Below, in pieces: positions 22,356-35,067 of a DNA stretch of 64,000 nucleotides. Origin of the DNA: Scenedesmus sp. PABB004 (lineage: Eukaryota); contig CM026548.1 in the NCBI GenBank assembly GCA_014905635.1, forward strand, positions 558,001-622,000. The letters are read 5' to 3'. The position numbers and the translations under genes are program-made. The first letter of the stretch is position 1; every line of letters starts with the position of its first letter. Under the pieces are notes generated by a model. That model was given only the letters and a program-made list of their open reading frames with translations. It was not told where the DNA came from and made no database searches.

Positions 22356-24608
22356 TCAATGGATCCGCCAGCCCGCCATGCGTTGCGCGATGTCGTCCGG
22401 CGTCGCGTCGCCGCCCGGCGGCGCGGCGCGGCCGCCTTGCGGCGGCAGGTTGCCTTGCGGCGCCCCGCGCCCCAGCCCCGCGGCGGCCATGCCTGCGAAC
22501 GGCTCCAGCGGCGGCGCCACGTGGCCTTGCAGCACGTACCCGTGCTCGCCCGGCCCGCCGTCTTGCAGCACATAGCCGCGCTCGCCCGGCCCGCCGTCGC
22601 CCTCCGGCGTGGGCACCAGCAGCGGCCCGCCCCCGGCGGCCGCGGCGGCGGCGGCGGCGGCAGCGCCGGCGCCGGCGCCGGCGCCGCGGCTCGGCGGGCC
22701 TTGCGCCACCGGCGCCGCCGCGAGCGGCGCCCAGCCGGGCAGCGCCATGCCCGCCACGCCGCTGGGCGCGTAGCCGAGCGCGCCGTACGAGGCGGCGGCG
22801 TCGCCGCCGCCGGGCGCGGCCGCGCCAGGCATGCCGGCGGGCAGGTAGGCGGCGCCGCCACCGCCGCCGCCGCCGCCGTCGCCCGGCAGCACGACCTGCA
22901 GCTGCTGGCCGTAGCTGCCGCCGACGAGCGCCATGCCTGGCGGCACCATCATGGGCGCCGAGAAGTCGCCCGGCAGGCACGCGCCGCCCGCCCCGGGGGG
23001 CAGGTAGTAGCCGCCGCCCGGCGCCGGCTGCGGCGCGGGCAGGAAGATGACGCCGCCGCCGCCCGACCACTGCTGCCCGCCGCCCGGCAGGCCGGCGACG
23101 GGCAGGCCGCCGCCCGGCAGGCCGGCGCCGCCGCCCGCCTGCAGCGCGAGCGCGCCGCCGCCGGGCAGGTACACGTACTGCGCCGCCTGCGCCTGCGCCT
23201 GCTGCTGCTGCTGCTGCTGCAGCGCCGCCACGCCGCCGCAGGCGTCGCCTGGCTGCAGCAGCGCGCCGCCGCCGCCGCCGCCGCCCGCAGCGCGCCGCCC
23301 GGCCCGAGGCCCGCCGCCGCGGCGGGCAGGTGCTCCGGGTACAGCGCGAAGCGGCTGTCCGGCGCGACGCGGCCCTGCAGGTAGGGCGCGCGGCTCGCGA
23401 GCGCGTCGGCGACGGTCGGCTCGCTCGGCACGCGCAGCTGGTCCTGCGTGTGCGCGAAGAAGCAGATGCGCCGGTTGCACTCCGTGCCAAAGCTGCAGAG
23501 CTGCGCGCGGAACCTGCGGCGCGCGGTCGCTGGCGGGTGAGGCGCCGCCGCCGCCGCCGGCGCCGCCGCCGGTGCCGCCGCTGTCGCCGCGCCGCGGCCG
23601 CGCGGGCGCACCGCGCGGGGTGCATCCAGTACTCAAAGATGCTGTGGCTGTAGGGGCACACATCCCCGCGCGGGCAGGCCTTGGACTGCGCGCGGCGCAG
23701 GGGCATGTGAGTGCGGCGGCGCGGCGCGCGCGCGCTGCCGGCTGCTGCGCCCGCCGTCACCGGTGCCGCGGCCGCGCACCTGGCGGACCTCCGGGCAGAC
23801 TATCGAGCTGTAGCGGTAGAGCGCCGGGCAGCGGCGCGTGGCCTTCTCGCCCTCGTGTGCGAAGGGGCATTCTGCGGCGGCGTGGCGCGCGCGTGCCGCC
23901 AGGCGTCGGCGCGGCGCGCGTCGCAAGCGGCACTCGAGGGCGCGCGACGGCGCCCCGCGCGCGCGCCGCCCGCCGGCTGTGATGCGCATCAGGACCGCAC
24001 CTGACCAGTCGTGCCCAAACTGCGGCGGCGGCGGCGGCGCGGCGGCGGCGCGGCGGCGGCGCGCGGCGGAGGTGGCGGCGCGGGCGGGCGTCAACGGCGG
24101 CCGGCGGCCACCCCGGCCGGCAGCATCTGCCCCGCCCACGAAATCTGCCCCGTTCCCAGCGCAGGCCGGGCGGGGGCCCGCGGTGGCGCCCGGCCCCGGG
24201 CCGGGGCCGGCCCGTTCCCGCGAGCAGACAGGACGCTGCGGGGCCCTCCCCCGCCACGCTGGCGCTGCGCCGGCGCGCCGCGCCCCGGCATGACGCTGGC
24301 GCCGCGCGGCCCCGACTGCCGGGCGCCCGGCGTCGGGCGTTGCGCGGCGGGGTGCGATAAGCGGAGGCCCCCGCCACGCGGCGCGCACCTTCTTGGCGCA
24401 GGGCACGATCTGGGCGCGGGCGGAACGGGCGGGTCGGCGTCAGCGCCGGGCCGCCGCACGGCGCGGCGTGCGGCGCGCCGGCGCGGAGGCCAACCATCGC
24501 CCCCGCCCCCGCCCCCACGTGGCGCGTGCTCACCTTGTAGCAGTAGACGCGGAAGCTCTCCGAGTCGAGGGCACTGCTGGAGAGCAGCTCGCGCGGCTGA
24601 GCGGCCAT
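22356..24608 (-). CDS. Tandem CCCH zinc-finger protein (plant RR-TZF type)
   Basis: Spliced: SESFRVYCYK/IVPCAKK/FGHDWS/ECPFAHEGEKATRRCP...CPEVRQ/SKACPRGDVCPYSHSIFEYWMHPAR/FRAQLCSFGTECNRRICFFAH. This is the CHCH arginine-rich region followed by C-x7-C-x5-C-x3-H-like and C-x5-C-x4-C-x3-H fingers. Apparent frameshift near 23290-23330. Confidence 0.93.
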
Positions 24609-24979
24609 CGCTGAAGCAGCATCGCGCGGGGCTAGGCGCGCGCCATCGCCCCCCCGCCGCGCCCGGCCGCGGGCGGCAACGCCCGGGCTGATCCCGATCG
24701 CGGACGACCCCAAGCCCAGGCGCCCTTGACTGCGCGGCGCGGTGGTGGTGCTGCTCCGCCTCGGTCTGCCGCCTCCGCTGCGCGGCTCGCGTCGTCGCGG
24801 TCCCGGAGGTGTGGCAGAGACGCTGAACGACCGGACGCCGGCGCGACGCGCCCGACAGGCGGCCGCCTGCCGGCGGTGGCGCGAGTAAAACGCGCACGAC
24901 GCCGCCACGGCATTTCGCGGTCGGCGAGACACCCATCCCGCAGCGCGCCGCCCAAAAGCCGTGCCACGCACCCCACGCC

Positions 24980-27900
24980 TCACACGCCCAGCAGCGCCTC
25001 GCCGCTCCCGAGGTCCGTGCTGCCGTCCCCGGCGCCGCCGCCACGGCCGCTGCGGCTGCGCGGCAGCGCGCCGCCGCCGCCGCTCCCGAGGTCCGCTCCG
25101 CCGCCGTTGCTGCCGTGCCGGCGCAGCCCGGCGTCGGCGCGCGGGCTCGCGCTTGCCGCCGTCGCGAGGGCGAGGCCCGCAAACAGCGGGCCCGCGTCCG
25201 TGTCCTCCACGCCGCCGCGGCTGCTCGCGCGCGCGAGCGGCGACGCGAGCAGCGCGGCGGCCGCGCGGGGCGACACCGCGGCGCTGTGGATGGCGCTGGT
25301 CGCCTTCACCGGCAGCCCATGGGCCGCCATCTCAGCCAGGGCGCACGTGACTGCGGGGCGCGATGGTCGTAGTGGGGCGCGCGGCGGGCGCGCGCGGCGG
25401 CGCGCGCCCAGCCCGCGCAGCCCGGGCCGCACCTGCGTCGTGCATCCTCACAAAAATCATCCCCCGCCCGATGGCGTCCGGCAGGCCCGTGCGCTCCAGC
25501 AGGGCGATCACGGCCGCACCTGGGGCGGCGGCGGGGCGGCCGCGGCCGGGTCGGCCGCCGGCACGCGGCGGCCGCTGGCGCGGCGTGGCGGCGGCGCGCG
25601 GCCCCGCGCGCGAGCGCTGCGGGCGGCGCGCGCGCGCGCGCACTCGGGTTGCAGAGGGCCAGCTGGATGCCCTGCGCCGCCATCTCCTCGTGCACCTGCT
25701 CCAGCAGGTGCGCGCCTGCGCCCGCCGCGGCGCGGCGCCGGCCGGCGCGTCGGGCGCGGCCGGCGGCCGCCGCCGCGGCGGCAGCGGGCGCCCGCGACCC
25801 GCCGCCGCCGCGCCGCGCCCGCTGCCGCCGCCGCCGCCGCACCCGTGGAGTCTAGGTGCGTCACGGGGCTCATGTCCAGCAGCAGGAACTGCAGCGCCAC
25901 GCCGCCAGCCGCGCTGTACGCCGCAGCGCGTTGGACATACTTGCGCAGCTGGGCGGCGGCGCGTGGGCGTGGCGTGGGCGGCGGGGCGTGGGCGGCGGGG
26001 CGTGGGCGGCGGGGCGTGGGCGGGGCTGGCGGCGAGGCCTGCCGGCGGCGTGCCCGCCACCACGGCGGCGGCGCGCGGCGCGCACGCGGTCATGGATGTA
26101 GGCGACATCTGGCGGCGGCGGGCGGCGGGGCGGGGGGCGGGGCGGCGGCGGGGCGCGGGGGTGAGGTCTGGCGCTGGCCGCCGCGGCGCGGCGCGGCGCG
26201 GCGCACGCGTGCGAGCCAGAGTTTGGAGGGGGGGGGGGAACAGGGCCCGGCGCTCACTCGCAAAGTACATCGGGGCGTCAACGCGGCACGCCGCGATGCC
26301 CGGCAGCACCTGCGCGGCGCGGCGCAGGTCGGCGCGGGTCGGGCCGACCGCGGCCGCAGCCCTCCGCCGGCGCCGCCGCCGCCCGCTCCCCCGCCGCCCC
26401 CGTGACGGCCGCGCGCCTGCGAGTTGGGGAACTGCTTGACGTTGCGGTAGATCTGCGCCGCAGCGCGGTCCGCAGTCGGCGGCGCGCGCGGCGCGCGCCC
26501 GACCGGGCGGCGGCGCGCGGCGCGCGGCGCGCCCCGCCCCGCGCGCGCACCGTCGTGTTGCCGACGCGGCCGAGCAGCGCGGTGTGGGGGATGGCCGACT
26601 CGTAGACCACGATCAGCAGCGCGAGGCCGATGCTGATGGCCAGGCCGACCTCGACGCCCAGGAACATCGTCGTCACGCACGACGTCATCCACACGAGCCA
26701 GTCGAGCTTGCGCACCTGTGCCGCGCCGCGCCGCCGCGCCGCCGCGCGACGGGCGGCCGGCTGGGCCGCGCCGAGGCGCCCGCGCCGCGTGCGGCGCAGG
26801 GCTGCCCGCCCGCCACCCCCGCCTGCGCGACGCGCCGCCGCCGCCGCGCCGCGCCCGCGCCCCTCGTGCGCTCCCCCCGCGCGCCGCGCGCGCTCCCCGC
26901 GCGGCGCCGCCGCACCCTGAAGAGGTGCACCGCCTGCTCGTACTCAAACAGACCGCTCACGCCGCTGATGACGATCGCACCCATGACGTTCAGCGGCTGG
27001 CGGCGCCCGCGGCGCGGCGGCACGGCGGCACGGCGGCACGGCGGCGCGCGTGGTGGTCGTCACGCACGCGCGGCCCGGGCGGCGGCGGCAGCGGCGGCGG
27101 CGGCGGCGGCGGCGGCGCGGGAGAGGGCGCGGGCGGGCGCGCGCGCAGGAGGGGAGGCGGGCGCTGCCGCGGCGCGCACCAGGCGCTCGAACACGGGCGT
27201 GAGCACCAGCAGGACGAGGCCGACGACGCACGCGGTCACAAACCCCGCGAGGCCCGTCTTGCAGCCTGCGCGGCCGCGGCGGCGGCGCGTGTCAGCGCGG
27301 CGCGGGGCGCGCCGCGCGGGCGCGCTGGCGCGCCGCCGCCCGGCGCCCCGGCGCGCGCGCGCGCCTGAGTCGTAGTTGACGGCCGAGCGCGAGAAGCTGC
27401 CGGTGGTGGAGTAGGCGTTGAACGCGCTGCCAGCAAAGTTGGCGAGGCCCAGCCCCACGATCTCCTGCCGGGCCGGGCCGGGGCCACGCGCGGCGGTGAG
27501 GGCGGCCCCGCCGGCGGCGCAGGCGCCGGCCCAGGCGCGGGGCTCGCGCGGCGCGGCGCTCGGCGGACGTCGCGCGGCGCGGCGCGGCGCGCCTGGTTGG
27601 AGCTGAGCTCGTAGCCGCCCTTGGCCGCGAGCGCGCGGGCGATCGACGTACTCTCCAGCAGGTCGACCACCATCACCACCACCGCCAGCGGCGCGAGGCG
27701 GCGGAAGTCAGGCATCGGCGCCCACCACGCCGCCGTCGGCGCGGGCAGGCCTGGCGGGCGGCGCGGGCGGGCGGGCGGGCGCGCGGCGGCGGCGGGAGGG
27801 CGGGCGTGGCGCGGCGCGGCGGCACGGCGCGCCGCGGGAGCGGCGGCGCGGCGCGGGGTGGGGCAGCGCGGTTGTGCGGGGCGGGACAGCGCGCCCGCGC

Positions 27901-30377
27901 GCGCACCGGTCGGGATCCGGCCCACGGTGCGGATGCCCCGGTTCTGCAGCCCCCCGGCGACGACCGCCACGATCGCGATGGCGCACGCGCTGATCGGCCC
28001 CAGCGGGCGCAGCCACTTGAGCTGCGGGCTGCGCTTGCCGAAAAACTGCGCCGGCGGCGGCGGCGGCGGCGGCGCGCGCTGGGGTCCGGAGGCGGGCGCG
28101 GGGTGCGCGGGCGGGCCAGCCCCGCGCCGCGGCAGTGAAGGGGCGGGCGTGTCGTCACCTTCATGGTCAGCAGCAGGCTGCGCGCGCGCGGGCGGCGGCG
28201 GCGGGGCGGGCGAAGTCGGCGGCGGGGCGGCGGCGAAGTCGGCGGCGGGGCGGCGCATGGGCGGCGCGGGCCGCGGGCCCCTGCGGCCCGTGGCTGCCCC
28301 CTTGTGCGCGCTGTGCGCCTGGGCGCCGCGCGTGTCGCTCACGTGAGCAGGCTGACGCCCATCACATACTCCTGAGGAGGGAGAGGGGCGGGAGAGGGGC
28401 AGCAGCAGAGGGGCGGGAGGGACGGTGGCGGCGCCGCTCAGCAGCGCAGCCCGTCGCCGCGCCGCGCCGCGCCGCCCCGCTCCCCGACCCGCTGGCGGGC
28501 CGACCGACCGACCTGCCAGACGAAGCCGTCCATTCCCTCGAGGTAGAGGCGGACGAGCTCGTGGAGCCTGTCGGCCCGCGGGACGCTGAAGCCCAGGATG
28601 TACTTGAGCTGCGGGGTGCAGGGGTGCAGGGTTCAGGCGGCGGCGGCGGCGGCGCGCGGGGCTGGAGGGCCGAGGCCGAGGGGCCTACCACCGCGCGGCT
28701 GCGGGCGCGTGGCTCGGCGAGCGGCGGAAGGGTTTAGGCGAACACGGGGTTGGGCCTAAACCCAAGCGCGCGGCGCGCCTGGCTCATGCCGATGATGACC
28801 GCCGCGCCGCTGGTGAAGCCGCCGATGACGCTGTGGGAGAGGAAGTTGGTGAGGAAGCCCAGGTTGAGCACCCCGACTGGCCGCGTCAGTCCAGCAGGGT
28901 ATCCACATTTGCAGTGCATCGCACGCCGGAGGGAGCGCGGGCGGCGGCGGCGGTGTGCGGCCGCGTCGGCGGCCGCGACGGCGGTGGCGTGGCGGCCGGC
29001 GGCCGGCGGCGCGGGCGCGGGAGGCCGTGCGGCGGGCGGCCGCACCCGCGGTGTACATGCAGGCCACGAGGAAGCTGAGCTGGATGGTGAGACGGTTGTA
29101 CTCGGCTTGCACCCCGACCTGGTGCATGGGACGGCGGAGCAGCGGCGTGGCACGGCGCGCGCGGCGCGGCACGGGGTGCGCGGCCGCGGCAGTGGCGGCG
29201 CCCGGCGGCGGCCCCCGGCGCGCGCACGAGGTCGGGCGGCGGGTTGTTTGGGTTGGTGATGTCCGCCGCGCCCGGCACGACGACCTTGAGCGAGCTCGCG
29301 ATCAGCAGCGACGTCACCTGCGCGCGCACAGCGCAGCGACGTGTCGGGCCCGGGCGCGCCGGGGCGGGCGGCGCAGCGCGGCCGCGCGCCCGCGGCGGCG
29401 GGCGGCTGCGCGCGGCTGCGAGCGGCGGCTGCCCCCCACCGCGACGGGCCCGACCGCGAGCTCGCGGCTGCTGCCAAACAGCGCGTAGACCAGCACCGGC
29501 ATGAACGCGCCTGCCGCGGCCGCGGCGGCGGCGGCGGCGCGGCGGCCTCGCATGCAGCGGCCGCGCGCGCGCGGGCGCCGCCACCGCTTGCGCCGCCGCG
29601 GGCGCCGCGCACCGTAAAGGCCGTACACGCTCGGCACGCCGGCGAGGTTGGCGTAGCTCATGCCCTGCGGGACGACCATGCAGCCGACGCTGATGCCCGC
29701 GACGACGTCCCACTGCGGCGGACGCCGCCCGGGCGGGCACGCGGGCGGGCGGGCGGGCCGGCGGCGTCGGCGCGCCCCGCCGGCGCCGCCGCGGGCGCGG
29801 CGCTGCTGGGCGCGGGGGCTGCTGCTGGGCGCGGGGGCTGCTGCTGGGGAGGCGCCCGCACCAGCAGGTAGTCTTTTATGCGGTAGGTGCGCAGCCAGCG
29901 CACGCAGGGCAGGAAGAGCGCGAGCCAGTCCAGCGGCGTGAAGCCGCGCACGCGCAGGCGCGCGCTGCGCGCCCCGGCGGCGGGCGGGCGGGCGGGCAGC
30001 GCGCGGGGCGCGCGCGCGCGTGTGTGGGCCGCTGCCGCCGCGGCGCGGCGCGGCGCCGCCCTGACCCCGTCGCGCGCGCACCGGCGGCCGTGCTTGATGA
30101 GCGAAGCGATGGCGCCCCTGACCGAGTCGGCCGCCGCGGGCTCGTCCGGGAACGGAAAGTCAGGGCCGGGCGCCTCCGAGGCGCGCGGCGTGCGGCCCGG
30201 GCGCGTGCGGATGCCGGACAGGTGGAGGCCGGGGAACGAGGCGTGCCGCGCGCGGCCCGCGGCGCGCGCGTTCGCGAGCGGGCTGTCGCCGCTCGGCGCC
30301 GCGTCGCCGGCCTCCAGCCCGCCGCCGCCGCCGCCGCCGCTGGGGCGCAGCCAGCTGGGGCGCCCCGGCGCCGCCAT
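24980..30377 (-). CDS. SULTR: SulP/SLC26 H+/sulfate transporter (SULTR family) with a C-terminal STAS domain
   Basis: Motifs [58 protein letters not shown] and [14 protein letters not shown] region VDAPMYFAN...[15 protein letters not shown]. About 20 exons. Confidence 0.95.
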
Positions 30378-30880
30378 GGGCCAGCAGCGGTTGCGCAGCG
30401 CCGCTGCTGCTGCCGCCGGCGCCTACTGGCGCATCCGCTGCCGGTGCGTGCTGGAGGGAAGCTGCGCAGTATCGGGAGGTGTCGGGGGACAATGCGCCGG
30501 CGGGCCAGGGGCGGGGACGAAGGCGGGCGCGTGCCCGACAGCAGCAGCAGTTTTATGGTGACGTGCGCCCTGCACGGGTGCGCTGGAGCGCCTTGCTCGC
30601 CGAAGCGTGCTGCAGTGGACACGCCCAGCTCGATGAGCAACTCGCGCTACGCTCCCTGCTGCACCCGGGGCTCAGAGGGCGGATGCGCAGCTAACAGGCC
30701 GGCCGCACGGCCGCTGGCCGCCCTCCCCCGGCCCACAACCCCGCTCCCGCGACCCGCGCCGGCCTGAGCGCCCCCGCGCAGATCGGGGGCAGGCCACCAC
30801 CACCGCCGCCGCCGCGAGCGCAGCTGCTGCTGCAGCAGCAGCGGGGGCCGCGCCGCCGGCCGCCGCTCCGCGCCGCCGTG

Positions 30881-32279
30881 ATGGCGGACGACTCGGACGA
30901 GGACGACTACGTCTTCTACGGCACGCCCCTGGCGGATGAGGCCGACGCGAGCGCGTCGGCGGCGGCCAACCGCGGCCGCGCCGACCCGGGCGCGGTGCGC
31001 GCGGCGCCCGTGCACCAGCAGGAGGCGGTGGACGACCAGGGCCGCCGCCGCTTCCACGGCGCCTTCACCGGCGGCTTCTCGGCGGGCTACTACAACACCG
31101 TCGGCTCAAAGGCGCGCGCGGTGCCCGCCGGCGGCAACGGCGGCGGCAACCGGCGGCGGCGGCCGGCGCTCACACGCGCGCGCGCCCGTGCGCGCCGCGC
31201 CCGCAGGAGGGCTGGACGCCCGGCACGTTCCAGTCGTCGCGCTCCGCGCCCGCGGAGCGCGCGGCGCAGAGCGTGGAGTCCTTCATGGATGAGGACGAGC
31301 TCGAGGAGCGGCGCAAGGCCGGGCTGAGCCTCACGGTGCGGCGGCCGCGCGCGCGGGCCGGAGCCCGGGGGTGGTGGGGGCCGGGGGCCGGCGGGGTGGA
31401 GGGCCGGCCCTGCCGCTCGCCGCCGAGCGCCGACGCGGCGGCGGGCGCGCTGCAGGCGACGTACGACACCTTTGGCAGCACCGGCGCGGAGCACACGCGC
31501 GCGGCGGCCGCCGCGGCCGCGGCGGAGCGGCCGAGCGCGATCCCCGGCGCGGTGCCGCTGGAGTTCTTCGCGCCCGTGAGCAGCAGCGTCGGCGTGACGC
31601 TGCTGCAGCGCATGGGCTGGCGCCAGGGGCGCGGCATCGGCGTCGCCGCGGCCGGCGCCGCCGCCGCGCCGGGCAGCCGCTGGGGCACCGTCGGCGGCGT
31701 GAGCCTGGACAACACGCCCCTCTACGTCCTGCAGCCCAAGCAGGTGCGCGTGGCGCGCACGCGTTGCACGCCGCCGCGCGGCGGCGCAGGGGCTCGCTCC
31801 CACGCGCGCCGCGCCGCCGCGCCGCCGCGCCGCCGCGCCGCCGCGCCACCCTCTCTTCCCCGCCGCGCCTCGCCGCGCCGCGGGCTCGCAGGACCTGCAC
31901 GGCCTCGGCTACGACGCGTTTGAGGGCGCCGAGGAGTTCCGCGCGCGCAAGCGCCAGAAGCTCGACGCCGCGCGCGGCGGCGCGCCCGGCGGCGCCGGCT
32001 TTGGCGCCGGCCCCGGCGGCGGCCCGCCGGCGGCGCGGGGCGCGGCCGCCCGCGCGGCGTCGCGTTTGGCGTCGGCGCGCTGGACGAGAGCGACACGCTG
32101 GGCGACATGGATGACTATGTCGACGCCGGCGCCGACGTGCTCGCGCGCCGCGGGCAGCGGCAGGAGGTGTTTGCCTACGAGGAGGCCTCCGAGTCGGGTG
32201 CGCGGCGCGCCGGCAGCAGACCCGGCGCGCCCTGCGCGCACGGCCCCGGCCCGCGCGCGAGCGCGCGCAGAGCCCCGAC

Positions 32280-32315
<36 letters not shown>

Positions 32316-33229
32316 GGTCGCGCAGACGACGAGGACCGGTTCAACCCGGCGCGCAAGACCCCCGCCGCGGCGCGCATCGCGGCGGCCGGCGGCGACCCCG
32401 CGCTGCTGCTGACCGGCCGCGAGCACGCGGCGCGGCACGGGTCGTTCGTCCCCGGCTTCCGCGCGGCGAGCGAGCTGATGACGCCGCGGGAGTACCCGCC
32501 GCCTCAGGTGCCGCCGGGCTTCGTCGCGTTCCACGCCTTTGCGCCGCCGCCGGCGCCGCCGGGCGCTGCGGGCGGCGGCGGCCCGCCGGCGCAGCAGGCG
32601 CCGGCCGACGCGTTTGCCGCGGCCAAGGCCGCCGCGGTCGCGGCGGCCGCGGCGGCGACGGCGGCCGCGGCGGCGGGCACGCCCGGCGGCGCGGCCGCGG
32701 CAGCTGCGGCGGCCGCGGCGGCAGCGGCGGCGGCGGCGCAGCAGCAGCAGCGGGCGGCGGCGGCGGGGGCGGGGCGGGACGCGCGCCGGGCGCGTACCCG
32801 CCGCCGCCGCCGGCGCCGCCGGCGCTGGACCCGGTCGACCCGCCGGCGGACGGCGCGCTGGCGCGGCAGATTGACACGCTCGCGGCGCAGGTCGTGCGCA
32901 GCGGCGCGCTGGTCGAGGCGCTCGCGCGGCAGCAGGCGGCGCGGCACCCCGGGCGCTACGCGTTCCTCCTGCCGGGCGGCCCCGGCGAAGCGTACTACGC
33001 CTGGCGCCTGCAGCAGCTGCGCGCGGCCGCGGACGCGGCCGCCGCGGCGGCCGCCGCGGCGGCGCCGCCCGAGCGCGCCGCGCCGCCGCCCGGCGCCGGC
33101 GCAGGCGCGGGCGGCCCGCCGCCGCGCGGCGCGGCGGCGGCGGGCGCGCCGGGCCCGCGGCGGCCGCAGGGCCCGCTCTCCGTGCAGGACCGCATGGCGC
33201 TGCTCGGCGAGGTGCCGCTGCCGGCGACC

Positions 33230-33276
<47 letters not shown>

Positions 33277-34772
33277 GGCGGCGCGGAGCGCCGCACGATG
33301 GGCGCGGTCGCGTCGACCGACCAGCAGCGCCTCGCGGCGGCGCTCGGCAGCGCGTTTGTGAAGGGCAGCGAGACCGAGCAGCTCGAGGTCGTCGCGGGCC
33401 TGCGCCACCCCAAGCGCGAGGCCGAGGCGGCGGCGGCGGCGGCGGGCTGGCAGCAGGGCGTCACCGTCATCGACGACGCGGCGCGCCCGCCGGCCGCCGC
33501 CGGCGGCGGCGCGCCCGGCGGCGCGGCGGCCGCGGCTGCCGCGGCGGCGGCCGCGGCGGCGGCCGCCAAGGCCAAGGCCGCGGAGCTGCCGGTCCGCAGC
33601 TTTGAGGACTGGCGCCCGCTGCCGCTGCTGTGCAAGCGCTTCAACGTCCCCGACCCCTACAAGGCCGCGCCGCGCCCGCCGAGGGCCCGCGGTTCAAGTC
33701 GGAGGCGCTCGCGCTGCCCGACACCGCCGCCGCGTCGGCCGCGCTCGCGAGCGCCGAGGAGGCGCGCCGGCGCGGCGCGTGGGAGGCGGAGCAGGCGGCG
33801 GCGCTCGCGCGGCGCCAGGCGCTGCTCAGCGCGCCCGCCCCCGGCGAACCCAGCGCCGGGGCCGCCGCTGCCGCCGCCGCCGAGCCGGGGTCTTTCCTGG
33901 ACAGCATCATGGCTGACATTGCCCAGGACGATGCGCGCGAGGCGGCCGCGGCGCAGGCCGGCGCGGGCGCCCCGCCGCAGCCGGGCGGCGCCGCCGCCGC
34001 CGGCGCCGCGGACGCCGCTGGCGCCGCGGGCGCCCGCGCGCCGCCTGGCGACGCCGCAGCGGGGCCCGGGCCCGAGCAGGAGGACGAGGACGACGACCCG
34101 CCGCTGCTGGAGAAGCCGCTGGATCTGTTTAAGGCCATTTTTGAGGACGACAGCGAGTCGGAGGACGAGGAGCAGCAGCAGCAGCAGCAGCAGGACGCGG
34201 AGCGGCCGCCGGGCCAGCAGCCGGCGGTGAACGGCGCCGCGGCGGTGCCCGACGCGGCGGGCCAGCAGCAGCAGCAGGCGCAGCAGCAGGCGCAGCAGCA
34301 GCAGTTGAGAAGAGGGCCGGAGCCGCCGCCGCGGGGCGAGGCGGCCGCGGTGGGGCTGGCGGCGAAGGGCCTGGCGGACGCCTTCCTGCGCCGCAGCGGC
34401 GCGGCGGCCGCCGCGGGGCCGGGCGCGGCGCCCGCGCACGCGGCGCCCGCGCCGACGGCCGGCGGCGCGCCGCAGAGCGCGCAGGCCGCCGAGATCCTCG
34501 CTGCGCTCGAGGCGCTGCGCGCCCGCGGCGGCGGCGGCACCGGCAAGGCCAAGAAGGCCAAGCACCGCAAGGAGTCGCGTGGCAAGGACTCCAAGCGCAG
34601 CAGCAAGAAGAAAAGCAGCAAAAAGTCCAAGAAAGAGGGCAAGCGGGACGGCAAGGCCAAGGAGCGCGAGCGGGAGCGCAGCAGCGGGCGCCACCGCGCG
34701 CGGCGGCGCAGCGGCAGCGCCGACGGCAGCTTCAGCGGCAGCGACGACGATAGCAGCGCCAGCAGCGGCTGA
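30881..34772 (+). CDS. TGH: G-patch domain protein TOUGH/GPATCH1 (DUF1604, G-patch, SURP/SWAP, Lys-rich C-terminus)
   Basis: [50 protein letters not shown] (G-patch), [12 protein letters not shown]-like [32 protein letters not shown] and [10 protein letters not shown]. Several apparent single-base frameshifts in GC runs. Confidence 0.93.
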
Positions 34773-35067
34773 GCGCGGCCGCGAGCGGCGGCAACCGACG
34801 CGTGCTGGCGTGCAGCGTGGCGGGGTTCGAGCAGCGCGCCGCGCGTGGGCGGCGCGGGGAACCGTGTTGACCTCGCGCCAGAGCTGGCCCACCGCCCACC
34901 GCGCCTTGTCTCGCCCGCGCGCCCAGCCGGCCAGCGACCCGCTCATGCGAGCAGCGGCGCGCCGCCATCAACCTCGCCGCGCCCGGCGGCAGCAGCAGCG
35001 TGCGCAGGCTGGATCCGTGCTCAGCCAGCCGGTTGCTGCTGCGTACTCGTGACGGCACGCGGCTGCC

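Noticed and set aside
32030..33700. Multiple frameshifts in TGH (~32040, ~32770, ~33290, ~33670), and also in TZF (~23300) and exostosin (~17560), as possible programmed frameshifting or pseudogenes
   Set aside because: All fall in G/C low-complexity runs with conserved motifs intact on both sides and no slippery heptamers. They are most likely assembly indel errors, which needs a read-level check.
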